NCBI GenBank assembly: GCA_965204575.1
Contig: OZ241993.1
Span: forward strand, 1,600,001 to 1,664,000
From: an uncultured candidatus Porisulfidus sp.
GTDB taxonomy: Bacteria > Pseudomonadota > Gammaproteobacteria > Poriferisulfidales > Poriferisulfidaceae
Reading direction: 5' to 3'
DNA: 64,000 nt
The notes beneath the pieces are model-generated. The model ran no database searches. It worked only from the letters and a program-made list of their open reading frames with translations, and had not been told where the DNA came from. Every line of letters begins with the position of its first letter. The stretch's first letter is position 1. Below, in pieces: positions 19,526 through 29,550 of this stretch. A program made the translations under genes and the position numbers.

Positions 19526-19582
19526 CTGGTGGTAATCAAGACAGGCAACATCCAAGACCTTCCCCTCCTCGAATCGAAATGT
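19526..19582 (-). pseudogene. higB: 3' remnant of a HigB (RelE-like) toxin gene
   Basis: Translates TFRFEEGKVLDVACLDYHQ, matching the HigB C-terminal pattern (TFRF...DV..LDYH-stop). It is directly followed by AGGAGA, the original higA RBS; no upstream toxin coding sequence is recognisable. Confidence 0.7.
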
Positions 19583-19675
19583 CCTGATTATTTGCTTATT
19601 GTTGGTGTCTATTGGCAACAGTCAACCTGAATCCGGACAAATCCCCTTGCTAAAATTGTTTTCAGGCTCACATTC

Positions 19676-21091
19676 ATGACCGAAAAAATCCTTTTCCTGA
19701 CCGGGAAGCTTGCCGAGCGGAGCCTGCATCGCGTGCTGGAATCCATGCAACCGACGGACTTCGACTACGAAGTTCGCCAGGTCGGCGCGAGCGTTGCCGC
19801 GCTGATGACCCCCAAGTTGATCCAGAAACGGCTTGAACTCCCTCCAGGAATCGACCGCATCCTGCTTCCCGGCCGAGTGCGCGGGGATCTGGAACCACTG
19901 GAAGCGCAATTCGGAGTGCCGGTCGAACGGGGTCCCGATGAACTCAAGGATCTTCCCACCTATTTCGGTCGAGCCGCGATGGCGGAAGATCTGACCCGTT
20001 ACGATGTCCGGATCTTCGCCGAAATTACCGAAGCGCCAAACCTTGACCTAGACGAAATCCTGGCCGAGGCCCGCCGCTATCAGGAAGACGGTGCCGACAT
20101 CATCGATGTCGGCTGCCTGCCGGGAGTGGAATTCCCGCATCTGGCCGAAACCGTGCAAATGCTCAAGCAGGAAGATTTCGTCGTGAGTGTCGACTCGCTC
20201 GAAACGCAGGACCTACTCACCGGGGGGCAGGCCGGTGCGGACTTTCTCCTGAGCCTGAAGTCGGACAGCCTGTGGGTTGCCGACGAAGTCGAATCCGTCC
20301 CTATCCTGATCGGCGACAGCAACACAGACCTTGAGTCCCTGTACGCCTGCATTGAAAACTGTTTGGAGAAAGACCAACCGTTTATCGCCGATCCGATCCT
20401 GGATCCCGTCCATTTCGGCTGCGCCGACTCTATCGCCCGGTACGTTGAACTCCGCCGGCGCTATCCAGATATTCAGATGATGATGGGCATCGGCAACCTG
20501 ACCGAGCTGACCCATGCGGATACGGCCGGGATGAATGCTCTCCTGTTCGGCCTGATCTCCGAACTGAAAATCCAATACGCACTGACCACCCAAGTCAGCG
20601 AACACTGCCGGACTTCACTGCGTGAAGCGGATCGTGCCCGAAGAATCATGCGGGCTGCTGCGGCTCATGGAATTCCCCCAAAGGGCATCGACGACCAGTT
20701 GATGATGCTGCACGAGCGACACCCATTCCCATACAGCCCGGAGGAAATCGCCGAATTTGCCGCCCAGGTGAAAGACCCCAATTTCCGAATCCAAGTCGCC
20801 GAAGATGGCGTTCACCTGTACAATCGGGATGGTGAACTGATTCATACGGATCCGCTCGACTTCTATCCGGACCTGAACCTGGACGACGATCCCGGCCACT
20901 TGTTTTATTTGGGCATTGAACTGACACGGGCTCAGATTGCATGGCAGCTTGGCAAACGTTACGAGCAGGACGAAGATTTCCTGTGGGGATGTGCAGTGAC
21001 GGCGTCAACCAAGGATCTGTCGGCTTTCAGGGAAGTCGGCCCTACCCGCCAAAAACACAAGGACGCGATCAAACATAGGAAGGATTCCTGA
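19676..21091 (+). CDS. Dihydropteroate-synthase-related pterin-binding protein (methanopterin pathway, Orf20-like)
   Basis: LFLTGKLAE N-terminus, GADIIDVGC, VSVDS, DPILDP, GIGNLTELT, H.FYLG.EL.RA, YEQD. Extended -10 TGCTAAAAT at 19648-19656. Confidence 0.8.
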   Translation: MTEKILFLTGKLAERSLHRVLESMQPTDFDYEVRQVGASVAALMTPKLIQKRLELPPGIDRILLPGRVRGDLEPLEAQFGVPVERGPDELKDLPTYFGRAAMAEDLTRYDVRIFAEITEAPNLDLDEILAEARRYQEDGADIIDVGCLPGVEFPHLAETVQMLKQEDFVVSVDSLETQDLLTGGQAGADFLLSLKSDSLWVADEVESVPILIGDSNTDLESLYACIENCLEKDQPFIADPILDPVHFGCADSIARYVELRRRYPDIQMMMGIGNLTELTHADTAGMNALLFGLISELKIQYALTTQVSEHCRTSLREADRARRIMRAAAAHGIPPKGIDDQLMMLHERHPFPYSPEEIAEFAAQVKDPNFRIQVAEDGVHLYNRDGELIHTDPLDFYPDLNLDDDPGHLFYLGIELTRAQIAWQLGKRYEQDEDFLWGCAVTASTKDLSAFREVGPTRQKHKDAIKHRKDS

Positions 21092-21666
21092 TGCCAAAAA
21101 TCCTGGAAAGCATCGTGACGACTCGCGGTGCCGACGATCAGACGCACATCGCGCCCATGGGCGTGCACTGTGCGGATCGGAGGTTATTGCTCAAGCCATT
21201 CCGACCTTCGCAGACCTTGGAAAACCTTCAGCGAGAGGGCTGTGCGGTTGTGAATCGCCCAGGTGATGTCCGCATCTACGCCGGATGCTTGACCGGACAT
21301 TATGATTGGCCCTTGACCAGTGCCGAGATCGTTCCCTGCCAGCGATTGGCGGGCTGCCTGTCACATGCGGAAGTGGAAGTGGAAGACTTCGATGACGACC
21401 CGGTGCGCCCCACCTTCACCTGCAAGATCGTGCATGAGACGGCCCATGCCCCTTTCCAAGGCTATAACCGGGCGCAGGCGGCTGTCATCGAACTCGCCAT
21501 CCTAGTCAGCCGTCTGAATCGGCTGCCGGATGAGAAAATACGCGGCGAAATCGAATATCTTGAAATCGCAGTCGAAAAAACCGCCGGGGAGATTGAACTG
21601 GAAGCATGGAACTGGCTCATGGAACGAGTCCACAAACACTTTTCGACCAAAGAGGCCGTATCATGA
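21091..21666 (+). CDS. DUF447-family protein (flavin-binding split barrel; clusters with H4MPT/methanofuran genes)
   Basis: ILESIVTT, HIAPMGV, PFRPSQTLENL, YNRAQAAVIELAILVSRL, YLEIAVEKTAG. Confidence 0.8.
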   Translation: MPKILESIVTTRGADDQTHIAPMGVHCADRRLLLKPFRPSQTLENLQREGCAVVNRPGDVRIYAGCLTGHYDWPLTSAEIVPCQRLAGCLSHAEVEVEDFDDDPVRPTFTCKIVHETAHAPFQGYNRAQAAVIELAILVSRLNRLPDEKIRGEIEYLEIAVEKTAGEIELEAWNWLMERVHKHFSTKEAVS

Positions 21667-22409
21667 CCCGCATTCTTGGAAGTGTGCGCAATCCCCAGGA
21701 AGCGGAACTGCTTCTTCGAACCTCAATCTCAATCCTAGACCTGAAAGATCCTGAACGCGGCGCGTTGGGCGCGGCGGATCCCGCGATCGTCCGCCAAGTC
21801 GTCAACCAGGTCGAAGGTCGGCGTCATGTGAGTGCCGCCGCTGGCTCTGCAGACGACAGAAACATAATGGACAAGGCTCACCAGCTGTCCCTGGAGGGCA
21901 TTGATTTCGTCAAAGTCGGGTTCTCCTGCGCATCGCAGCAATCTTTATTGCCCGAGCTGCGGATCGCCATCGCGACTCAGGCTCAGGCTGTCGCGGTGCT
22001 GTTCGCAGACAGTCCCGAAATCGACCCGATGCAATGGATCGAGCCCGCCCGCATGGCGGGATTTGCTGGACTGATGCTGGACACTGCCGACAAGCACTCT
22101 GGCTCGCTGGACCAGCACATGGATTTGCCCCAAGTGAAGCGCTGGACGCAAGCCACCAAAGAAGCCGGGTTGCTGTGTGGCTTGGCTGGCCGGCTGAATG
22201 CCGAATCCGCACGGTATTTCCTGCCTGCCTGCCCGGACTATCTAGGCTTCCGGGGTGCCTTGTGCAACCGTTCTACCAGAACCGAGCCGGTCTGTCTGGA
22301 AACGACCCTGAAATTGCTGGAATCCTTGCACGAACCCAAAGTCGAATTGCCGGATTTGCCATTGACTGGCGATTCACGTCTGGCACTGGCTCACGGCCGC
22401 GCCCTGTAA
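21663..22409 (+). CDS. mfnB: (5-formylfuran-3-yl)methyl phosphate synthase, MfnB/DUF556 family
   Basis: LGSVRNPQEA, ILDLKDPERGALGA, FVKVG, MLDTADK, GLAGRL, DYLGFRGALC. The ATG at 21663 overlaps the upstream stop. Confidence 0.82.
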   Translation: MTRILGSVRNPQEAELLLRTSISILDLKDPERGALGAADPAIVRQVVNQVEGRRHVSAAAGSADDRNIMDKAHQLSLEGIDFVKVGFSCASQQSLLPELRIAIATQAQAVAVLFADSPEIDPMQWIEPARMAGFAGLMLDTADKHSGSLDQHMDLPQVKRWTQATKEAGLLCGLAGRLNAESARYFLPACPDYLGFRGALCNRSTRTEPVCLETTLKLLESLHEPKVELPDLPLTGDSRLALAHGRAL

Positions 22410-22436
22410 GTCACCCTGCAAAGCTGTCCAGCTGCG

Positions 22437-23969
22437 TTAGAGTCTCTTTGAGAATGTTAAATACTTTGATTTTTCGCGTTGATAGAAACAAAACATAAGA
22501 GTCAATAGGAAGAGCAAGACAAACGTCCACTCCCCGAACCGGACATACGGCGTTACCCCCTCTCGGGGCTGCACCTCGCCGACCAGGATCGCGGTCGCGA
22601 ATTGAGGGGCAGAAGCACGGACAGCCCCATCCGCGTCGATGATCGCGGTCACGCCCGTGCTCGCGACCCGGAGGAGTTCCCGGGCGGCCTCCGCCGCACG
22701 CAAGCGACTGGATTCCAGATGTTGCCACGGTGCCCGGCTTTCCCCGAACCATGCGTCATTGCTCACGTTCACCAAATAAGCAGCGTCTGGAAAAGCCAAA
22801 CGGGTAATTGACGGGTAGACCGATTCGTAGCAGATCGTCACGCCGACCGGGGTGCCCCGAACCTGAAGCAAGGGCCGATCCTCGGAAGGCTCTAAAGCGC
22901 GCATCCTAAAGTGAATCTGCTCATACAGCGGGCCCAGCCAATCGTCCAGCGGGGAATATTCCCCGAAAGGAACCAACCGGCGTTTCCCGTAACGTTGGCC
23001 GGTCTTGTGGTTCATCAGCCCGTTGAACGGCCCGGATTGATCCTCATTGCGATAGAACACGCCCGCAATCAAGGTCGCATCGTCACCCAGAACCTCTGCT
23101 TTCAGGTTTTCGTAAAAATCTTCTACTTGGCTGTAATACTGTGGAATGGCAGCTTCAGGCCAGATGATTAGCGGGGTTTCGGCTACCTGCTGTGTCATTT
23201 CCCAATAGGTTTCCTTGATCAAACCCCGGTTTTTCAGGCGCCAGCGCGCGTCTTGGCTCAGGTTAGGCTGAATCAGGGCGGCTTCAATGGATTCGCCGGA
23301 TGGCGTACTCCAGGAAATGAGCCAAAGGGCTTCTCCACCTCCCACTATCAGTAATGCGGCGCCCAGCCAAACCGCCCGCATGGAAAATGGCCGCCGAAGC
23401 CATGCCGCCATCCATCCTGCCGCCAGCAGGAGCATCAATCCGGTTCCATACGCGCCCAACAGCGGCAGGTAGCCCGCCCAAGGGCTGTCCAGACTGCCCT
23501 GCCCAATCAGAGCCCATGGAAATCCGGTGAGCAGTGTCCCGCGCAGCCATTCCGCCCCCGCCAGCAACACGGCCATTCCAGTCAGGCGTCTTGCACCCTT
23601 CGGTAACAAGCGTGCGGCTAATCCTGCCGCCAGCATCGGATACAGGGACAGGTAGACCACCAGAAGCGCAGAAAGTGCGAGAGACAGCCATAGCGGCGTA
23701 CTGGCGTAGTGATAGAGACTGTAGTAGACCCAGTAGACTCCGAAACCAAAATACCCCAGACCGAAGAGTCCGCCCCGCTTTATGGCCGTCGCCACCGTGC
23801 CTGAATGAAGCGTGCAGAAGAAAAGGATCAATCCGACCCAGAGCGCCGGACGAAAAGCGTATGGAGCGAATCCGAATGAAGCGACAATGCCGCCAGCCAA
23901 GGCACTGACATGGCCCCACGGCAACCTGCCAAGTCCGCGCCAAAGCCTAAGCGGACCGGACACGTTCAT
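22437..23969 (-). CDS. lnt: Apolipoprotein N-acyltransferase
   Basis: TGFPW, IIWPEAA, KRRLVPFGEY, ICYE, VSNDAWFG; multiple TM segments. Confidence 0.94.
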   Translation of the reverse strand: MNVSGPLRLWRGLGRLPWGHVSALAGGIVASFGFAPYAFRPALWVGLILFFCTLHSGTVATAIKRGGLFGLGYFGFGVYWVYYSLYHYASTPLWLSLALSALLVVYLSLYPMLAAGLAARLLPKGARRLTGMAVLLAGAEWLRGTLLTGFPWALIGQGSLDSPWAGYLPLLGAYGTGLMLLLAAGWMAAWLRRPFSMRAVWLGAALLIVGGGEALWLISWSTPSGESIEAALIQPNLSQDARWRLKNRGLIKETYWEMTQQVAETPLIIWPEAAIPQYYSQVEDFYENLKAEVLGDDATLIAGVFYRNEDQSGPFNGLMNHKTGQRYGKRRLVPFGEYSPLDDWLGPLYEQIHFRMRALEPSEDRPLLQVRGTPVGVTICYESVYPSITRLAFPDAAYLVNVSNDAWFGESRAPWQHLESSRLRAAEAARELLRVASTGVTAIIDADGAVRASAPQFATAILVGEVQPREGVTPYVRFGEWTFVLLFLLTLMFCFYQREKSKYLTFSKRL

Positions 23970-23970
23970 G

Positions 23971-24819
23971 TCATCCCCCGGATGGTGCCCGCGACACGTC
24001 TAGCAGGCGGATTCTCCGATCCGAGACCCTCACCACCGTAAACACGAACCTTTCGATCTCGACCTGTTCCTCGATTGCGGGAAGGTAGCCGATCTTCTTC
24101 AGCACAAGCCCTCCGATGGTTTCCTGTCCCGCCGGATCCAACGAAGACTTGAAGTGCTGGTTGAAGTCCGCGATTGGCACGGTTGCATTGACTTCGTGGT
24201 GCCCCCCTCCGACTACGCGGATCGACGGCGATTCCATTTCCCGGTCGTGTTCATCCTCGATTTCACCGACGATCTCCTCCAGGACATCTTCGATCGTCAC
24301 CAAGCCCGACGCTTCCCCATACTCATTGATCACGATGCCCATGTGGCTGCGTTTGTGCTGGAAATCCCGCAGCAGCGAACTGAGTCGTTTGCTCTCCGGA
24401 AGCGTGTGCGGTGGCAGCATCATGTCCTTGATCGAGAAATCCCGGTTCTCCGAGGCCCCTACCCGGGTTAGTACATCTTTAGCCAATAGAATTCCCTCGA
24501 CCACGCCGCGATCATCGTCAATCACCGGATAGCGGGAGTGGCCGTGCTGGATCACGCTTTCAATCACATCCTCACGCGAAGCATCAATCTGGATCACCTT
24601 CATCTCCGAACGCGGGATCATGATGTCCGAGGCCCGCAAGCGCGAAATATTGAAGGCTCCCTCAAGCATATTTCGCAGGCTTTCGCTTAACAGGTCCCTC
24701 CAATGGAATTCCCGGATCAAGGTCCGCGCTTCGTCCTGAGTCTTCGGCTGCATCCAAACCCTTCGCCACACCCAACGCCGGATGCGCGAGTCCAGGTTCT
24801 GCCAAAATTTAAGGTTCAT
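23971..24819 (-). CDS. corC: CBS-domain Mg/Co efflux protein CorC (YbeX)
   Basis: DIMIPRSEM, HSRYPV, GLVTIEDVLEEIVGEIEDEHD, TIGGLV; ybeY-lnt context. Confidence 0.9.
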   Translation of the reverse strand: MNLKFWQNLDSRIRRWVWRRVWMQPKTQDEARTLIREFHWRDLLSESLRNMLEGAFNISRLRASDIMIPRSEMKVIQIDASREDVIESVIQHGHSRYPVIDDDRGVVEGILLAKDVLTRVGASENRDFSIKDMMLPPHTLPESKRLSSLLRDFQHKRSHMGIVINEYGEASGLVTIEDVLEEIVGEIEDEHDREMESPSIRVVGGGHHEVNATVPIADFNQHFKSSLDPAGQETIGGLVLKKIGYLPAIEEQVEIERFVFTVVRVSDRRIRLLDVSRAPSGG

Positions 24820-25262
24820 CCCAGTTCGTAAGGGTTCGAATAACCCAGCCGCTCCATTACGGCGCGTTCCACTCCTTCCATGCGGGCCGCCGCCCCGGTA
24901 TCACCGTGGCCGTAACCCAGGAGATGCAGCAGTCCATGGATCGTCATGTGCGCAAATCTGGCTTCCGGCACGTGCCCGTACTGACGCGCTTCCCGGAACA
25001 CTTCCGGAGCGCAAATCACCACATCGCCCAGGCAGCCCTGTTCACGTTCGGCCTGATCCGCCTCGAAGGCCAAAACATTGGTCGCGCCTGATTTTCCGCG
25101 ATAGCGTTCATTGAGTTGCTCCATCTCCGCCTCGTCGACGACCCGGATGCATGCCGAAACCTCTGTCGGGTGATCGATGGCCTTCGCCCAGCACTGAAAC
25201 CGCTCTGCCGAAGGCACCCCGGAGGAAGAAAGGGCGTGCTGGACTTCCGCCTGAATGGCCAT
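24816..25262 (-). CDS. ybeY: rRNA maturation endoribonuclease YbeY
   Basis: LNERYRGK, TNVLAF, LGDVVIC, HGLLHLLGYGH. The start was reset to ATG 25262. Confidence 0.92.
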   Translation of the reverse strand: MAIQAEVQHALSSSGVPSAERFQCWAKAIDHPTEVSACIRVVDEAEMEQLNERYRGKSGATNVLAFEADQAEREQGCLGDVVICAPEVFREARQYGHVPEARFAHMTIHGLLHLLGYGHGDTGAAARMEGVERAVMERLGYSNPYELG

Positions 25263-25263
25263 A

Positions 25264-26214
25264 TTAATTCTTCCGGGAATAAGCCTTGATGACCTGCCGC
25301 ACCAATGGATGCCGTACGACATCATGCTCCGTGAAATGCACACACGCAATGCCCGGCATTCCACCGAGGAGTTCCAGGGCCTCCTCCAGCCCTGAACAGT
25401 CGCCTGACGGCAGGTCGGTCTGGGTCAAGTCGCCCGTGACCACGGTTCGCGAACCGAAGCCGAGCCGGGTCAGGAACATCTTCATCTGCCCGCGTGAGGC
25501 GTTCTGCGCCTCGTCCAGAATCACGAACGCATCTTTCAGGGTTCGCCCGCGCATGTAAGCCAGGGGTGCGATCTCGATGACATTGCTTTCCATCCGCCGC
25601 ATCATCCGGTCATGTCCCATCAGTTCGTCCAGCGCGTCGTACATCGGCCGCAAATAGGGATCGATTTTCTGTGTCAGGTCGCCGGGCAGAAATCCCAACC
25701 GCTCCCCGGTTTCCAGCACCGGGCGCACCAGGACGACTTTCTGGACGAGATCCTGTTCCAACGCGTAGATCGCCTGGGCAATCGCCAGGTAGGTCTTGCC
25801 GGTGCCTGCAGGCCCTACCCCGAAAACCAGGTCGTGATCCTGTAAGGCCGCCAGATAACTCTCCTGGTTCTCTCCATAAGCACGCAGGCGCGAATGGCGA
25901 AGCACCAGATCCTTCACCTGTCCCGATACCGCTTCCTCATCGTGCCCGGAAGTCAGCAGGAACCGGTTGACGCTGTCTTCCGAAAGTTCCGCATGTTCCG
26001 TCTGGCGGTATAGGGCCTGTAATGCCCCGGCCGCCGCCGCCACGGATGCTTCCTCGCCAAGCAGCTGGAAATCATGGCCACGGTGCTGGATTTCGACGCC
26101 GAACCGTGCCTCCAGTTGATGCAGGTGTGCGTTGAGCGGGCCGCAAAGGCTAGCCAAGCGCGGATTGTCCGCAGGCTGCAGAAGTAACTTCAGGGTGCTG
26201 GCCTGAGCGCTCAA
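25264..26214 (-). CDS. ybeZ: PhoH-like ATPase (YbeZ)
   Basis: [44 protein letters not shown]. Confidence 0.93.
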   Translation of the reverse strand: MSAQASTLKLLLQPADNPRLASLCGPLNAHLHQLEARFGVEIQHRGHDFQLLGEEASVAAAAGALQALYRQTEHAELSEDSVNRFLLTSGHDEEAVSGQVKDLVLRHSRLRAYGENQESYLAALQDHDLVFGVGPAGTGKTYLAIAQAIYALEQDLVQKVVLVRPVLETGERLGFLPGDLTQKIDPYLRPMYDALDELMGHDRMMRRMESNVIEIAPLAYMRGRTLKDAFVILDEAQNASRGQMKMFLTRLGFGSRTVVTGDLTQTDLPSGDCSGLEEALELLGGMPGIACVHFTEHDVVRHPLVRQVIKAYSRKN

Positions 26215-27548
26215 TTCTGTGGGGCGGACGCCCAGTCTCCACGCAGCGAATGGGCCCGCATCTCAGTCACACGGACCGGTTGAAACGTTCCGATCAGGTC
26301 ATCAGGGCCCTTGAAGTTGATGACACGGTTATCCGAGGCCCGCCCCGCCAGCTCCGTCGGGTCGCGGCGCGAAGGGCCTTCCACCAGAACTTGCTGAACC
26401 GTGTCGAGGCGGGTCTTTGCGATCTCGGCCCCCTGTGCCTCCAGTTGCTTCTGGAGCCGCGCCAAACGGGCTTTTCTTTCTTCCAGCGGCGTGTCGTTGT
26501 CCAGTTCCGCGGCCGGCGTGCCGGGGCGCGGGCTGTAGAGGAAGCTGAAGCTCTGGTCGAACCCGACTTCTTCCGCCAAGCGGCAGGTGCGGTCAAAGTC
26601 TTCTTCGGTCTCTCCGGGGAACCCGACAATGAAGTCAGAAGAAACAGATACCTCCGGACGTGCGGCCTTGAGCCTACGGATGATGGACTTGTATTCCAGT
26701 GCCGTGTAACCGCGCTTCATCGCTGCCAACACCCGATCCGAACCACTTTGAACCGGCAGGTGCACATGCGCCGCCAACTCCTCGACTTCCGCATGCGCCC
26801 GGATCAACGAGTCGGTAAATTCCCGCGGATGAGACGTGGTATATCGAACCCGTTCGAGGCCGTCAATCGCGGAAACATAACGCAGGAGGAGTGCAAAGTC
26901 GGCAGGCTCCCCGTCGTGCAGGCTGTGCCTCCAGGCGTTGACGTTCTGTCCGAGCAACGTCACCTCTCGAACGCCGCGTTCAACCAAGCCCACCACTTCC
27001 TGGATGATGCTGTCGAAGGGCCGGCTGACTTCTTCCCCGCGGGTATAGGGGACCACGCAGAATGAACAGTACTTGCTGCACCCTTCCATGATCGACACGA
27101 ATGCCGACGCGCCCTGCACCGAAGGTTCGGGCAGGCAGTCGAACTTCTCGATTTCCGGGAAACTGACGTCCACCGCATTCTCGTTCTGGCGGGCCCGCGT
27201 GATCAGGTCCGGCAAGCGATGCAGGGTCTGCGGCCCGAACACGAGGTCGACCTGCGGCGCGCGCTGGCGCAGGGCCTCCCCCTCCTGGCTGGCCACGCAA
27301 CCGCCGACGCCGATCAGCACATCGGGCCTGGATTCCTTGTGGCGGGCAAGCCGGCCCAAGCGGCTGAACACTTTCTCCTGAGCCTTCTCGCGCACCGAGC
27401 AGGTATTCAAAAGAAACAGGTCCGCCTCGGCTTCATCCGAAGTCAGGGTCATACCCAGTCGATCCTGCAGCACGTCCCGCATCCTTGCGGAATCGTACTC
27501 ATTCATCTGACACCCGTGGGTCTCGATGTAGACCTTGCCGGCCATCAC
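26211..27548 (-). CDS. miaB: tRNA-2-methylthio-N6-dimethylallyladenosine synthase
   Basis: [31 protein letters not shown]-terminal TRAM domain. Confidence 0.96.
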   Translation of the reverse strand: MMAGKVYIETHGCQMNEYDSARMRDVLQDRLGMTLTSDEAEADLFLLNTCSVREKAQEKVFSRLGRLARHKESRPDVLIGVGGCVASQEGEALRQRAPQVDLVFGPQTLHRLPDLITRARQNENAVDVSFPEIEKFDCLPEPSVQGASAFVSIMEGCSKYCSFCVVPYTRGEEVSRPFDSIIQEVVGLVERGVREVTLLGQNVNAWRHSLHDGEPADFALLLRYVSAIDGLERVRYTTSHPREFTDSLIRAHAEVEELAAHVHLPVQSGSDRVLAAMKRGYTALEYKSIIRRLKAARPEVSVSSDFIVGFPGETEEDFDRTCRLAEEVGFDQSFSFLYSPRPGTPAAELDNDTPLEERKARLARLQKQLEAQGAEIAKTRLDTVQQVLVEGPSRRDPTELAGRASDNRVINFKGPDDLIGTFQPVRVTEMRAHSLRGDWASAPQN

Positions 27549-27587
27549 TCCTTCCGCCGCCGCGGCATGGAATGCCCGCGCGGGTCT

Positions 27588-28064
27588 CTAAAACGGAATG
27601 TCGTCATCAAAGTCGGCATCATCCCCCGCCGGGGGCCCTCCCGAACCTGGACCATTGCCGCCGCTCGGCCTCGAGTTTTCCGACACATAGTTCCCCTGGC
27701 TTTCCGATGCATAGCCGCCGCTGCTGCCGCGTGCCCCCAACAACTGCATGTCGTTGGCGATCACTTCCGTGCTGTAGCGGTTATTCCCCTCCCGATCCTG
27801 CCATTTCCGGGTTCGCAGCTTGCCCTCAATATACACCTGAGATCCTTTTTTCAGGTAGCGTTCCGCTACTTCGGCCAAGCGTTTGAATAACACGATATTG
27901 TGCCATTCGGTCGTTTCCACCCGTTCATTCGTTGCGCTGTCCCGCCGCCAGTCGTTCGTAGCGATTCGCATATTGCAGACACTGGACCCGCTGTTGGTTT
28001 GGCGAAGCTCGGGATCGGCTCCCAAAGTCCCCACCAGAATCACTTTATTGACTCCTCTCGACAT
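27588..28064 (-). CDS. ssb: Single-stranded DNA-binding protein
   Basis: [39 protein letters not shown] tail. Confidence 0.97.
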   Translation of the reverse strand: MSRGVNKVILVGTLGADPELRQTNSGSSVCNMRIATNDWRRDSATNERVETTEWHNIVLFKRLAEVAERYLKKGSQVYIEGKLRTRKWQDREGNNRYSTEVIANDMQLLGARGSSGGYASESQGNYVSENSRPSGGNGPGSGGPPAGDDADFDDDIPF

Positions 28065-28181
28065 CGTTCATCCTCCAGACTTTCATGCTTTCGCTTCCGT
28101 GCGATAATACTTAAGCATATTTTTATTATTATTCAACGCACTACCGCTCATAACTAGAAATTTTATTACCTTGCGGTTGCC

Positions 28182-29420
28182 TTATATGCGCCGTTCCTCC
28201 GACAATTCTAGCCCATTCAGCAACAGAGCCCAAAACACGGCGAAACCCGCCAGGGTCAGGTACAGAGTTTCCGCATTCTGCCCTTCCAGGAACAACCCGG
28301 CCAGAAGCCCGCCCAGAAACGCCCCCATGAACTGGGCCGTGGAGAAGACGCCCAGCGCCATGCCCTTGAGATCCACCGGGCACAGGCGGGACACCTGGGC
28401 CGGCAGCTGAGCCTCCAAAAAGTTGAAGACAATGAAAAACACCAGCAGCACGCCGCCCAGCAACATCACTTCATGGCGCACGAAGATCAACCCCACTTCA
28501 GAGACAACCAATATCAATGCGAAAGTCCGCATCCATCCCGCGACACGGGACTGCGCCAGACGGAGAATCGGAAAGAGGAACAGTGCCGACCCGGCCAGGA
28601 CGACCAGGTAAAACATGCTGTGCTGCTCGACCGGGAGGCCGGCGAGGTCCCGCATCGCGAGCGGCAGCGACATGAAATTCGCGGTCAGCAACATATGAAT
28701 GATGGAGGCGCCCAAACTCAGGCGCAACAGCCTGGGATCCCGCAAGACCTCTCCCATGTCGCTCCACGAGCCCGCAGCTCGTTGGGATGCGGTCCGCCCT
28801 GCCGGAATCAGCACCAGCACCATAAACATAGCCAGTACGGCCAGGCCCGCCACCAATGCGAATATGCCGTCCACCCCGATCTTTCCGGCCAACAGCGGTC
28901 CGGCGATCAAGGAAATAATGAAAGTCGAGCCGATCAGCATTCCGATCATTCCCATCACCCGGGCCCGCACTTGTTCCCGGCTCAGGTCGGCCACCCATGC
29001 GGTCAAGGCCGCGGAGATCGCGCCCGCCCCCTGCAACGCGCGTCCGACGATCATCTGCTCGATGCTGGCGGCATCCGCCGCCACCAGGCTCCCCACCATG
29101 AATACCGTCAGCCCCAGCAACACGACGGCACGGCGGCCGAAGCGGTCCGACAGCCAGCCCATCGGCACCTGAAGCATCGCCTGCGTCAATCCGTAAATTC
29201 CCACCGCAATGCCCGCAAGCATTGGAGTCGAGTTTTGCAAGGTCTCCGCGTAAATGGCAAAGACCGGGAGGATGATGAACAGGCCCAGCATGCGCAGGGC
29301 GTACACTCCTCCGAGGGTGCCCACTGCTCTGTATTCCAGAGCGGTGAGGGAAGAATCAGTCAGGGGGGAATTACGGCCCATTGGTTTTCGTGGCATGCAG
29401 GCCTGATGCGGCAAGTGCAT
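28182..29420 (-). CDS. MFS transporter, YajR-like
   Basis: LRMLGLFIILPV, GWLSDRFGRR, about 12 hydrophobic segments; conserved uvrA-MFS-ssb context. The true start may lie up to ~40 nt downstream. Confidence 0.85.
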   Translation of the reverse strand: MHLPHQACMPRKPMGRNSPLTDSSLTALEYRAVGTLGGVYALRMLGLFIILPVFAIYAETLQNSTPMLAGIAVGIYGLTQAMLQVPMGWLSDRFGRRAVVLLGLTVFMVGSLVAADAASIEQMIVGRALQGAGAISAALTAWVADLSREQVRARVMGMIGMLIGSTFIISLIAGPLLAGKIGVDGIFALVAGLAVLAMFMVLVLIPAGRTASQRAAGSWSDMGEVLRDPRLLRLSLGASIIHMLLTANFMSLPLAMRDLAGLPVEQHSMFYLVVLAGSALFLFPILRLAQSRVAGWMRTFALILVVSEVGLIFVRHEVMLLGGVLLVFFIVFNFLEAQLPAQVSRLCPVDLKGMALGVFSTAQFMGAFLGGLLAGLFLEGQNAETLYLTLAGFAVFWALLLNGLELSEERRI

Positions 29421-29550
29421 GGGCCGTTGCTATTTTATCAACAGCAACACAAACCTCGTCTTTCGAGTGCTTGGCGGTGCCCACCGGTCAGGTAGCGGGC
29501 AAGTTCGGTTCTGTCGTATAGTAGGGGGCTAACCTGACGGAAGCCTCGAC

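Noticed and set aside
29421-29550. LexA (SOS) box upstream of uvrA
   Set aside because: No CTG-N10-CAG match found by eye; CTGTCGTATAGTAGGG fails the right half.
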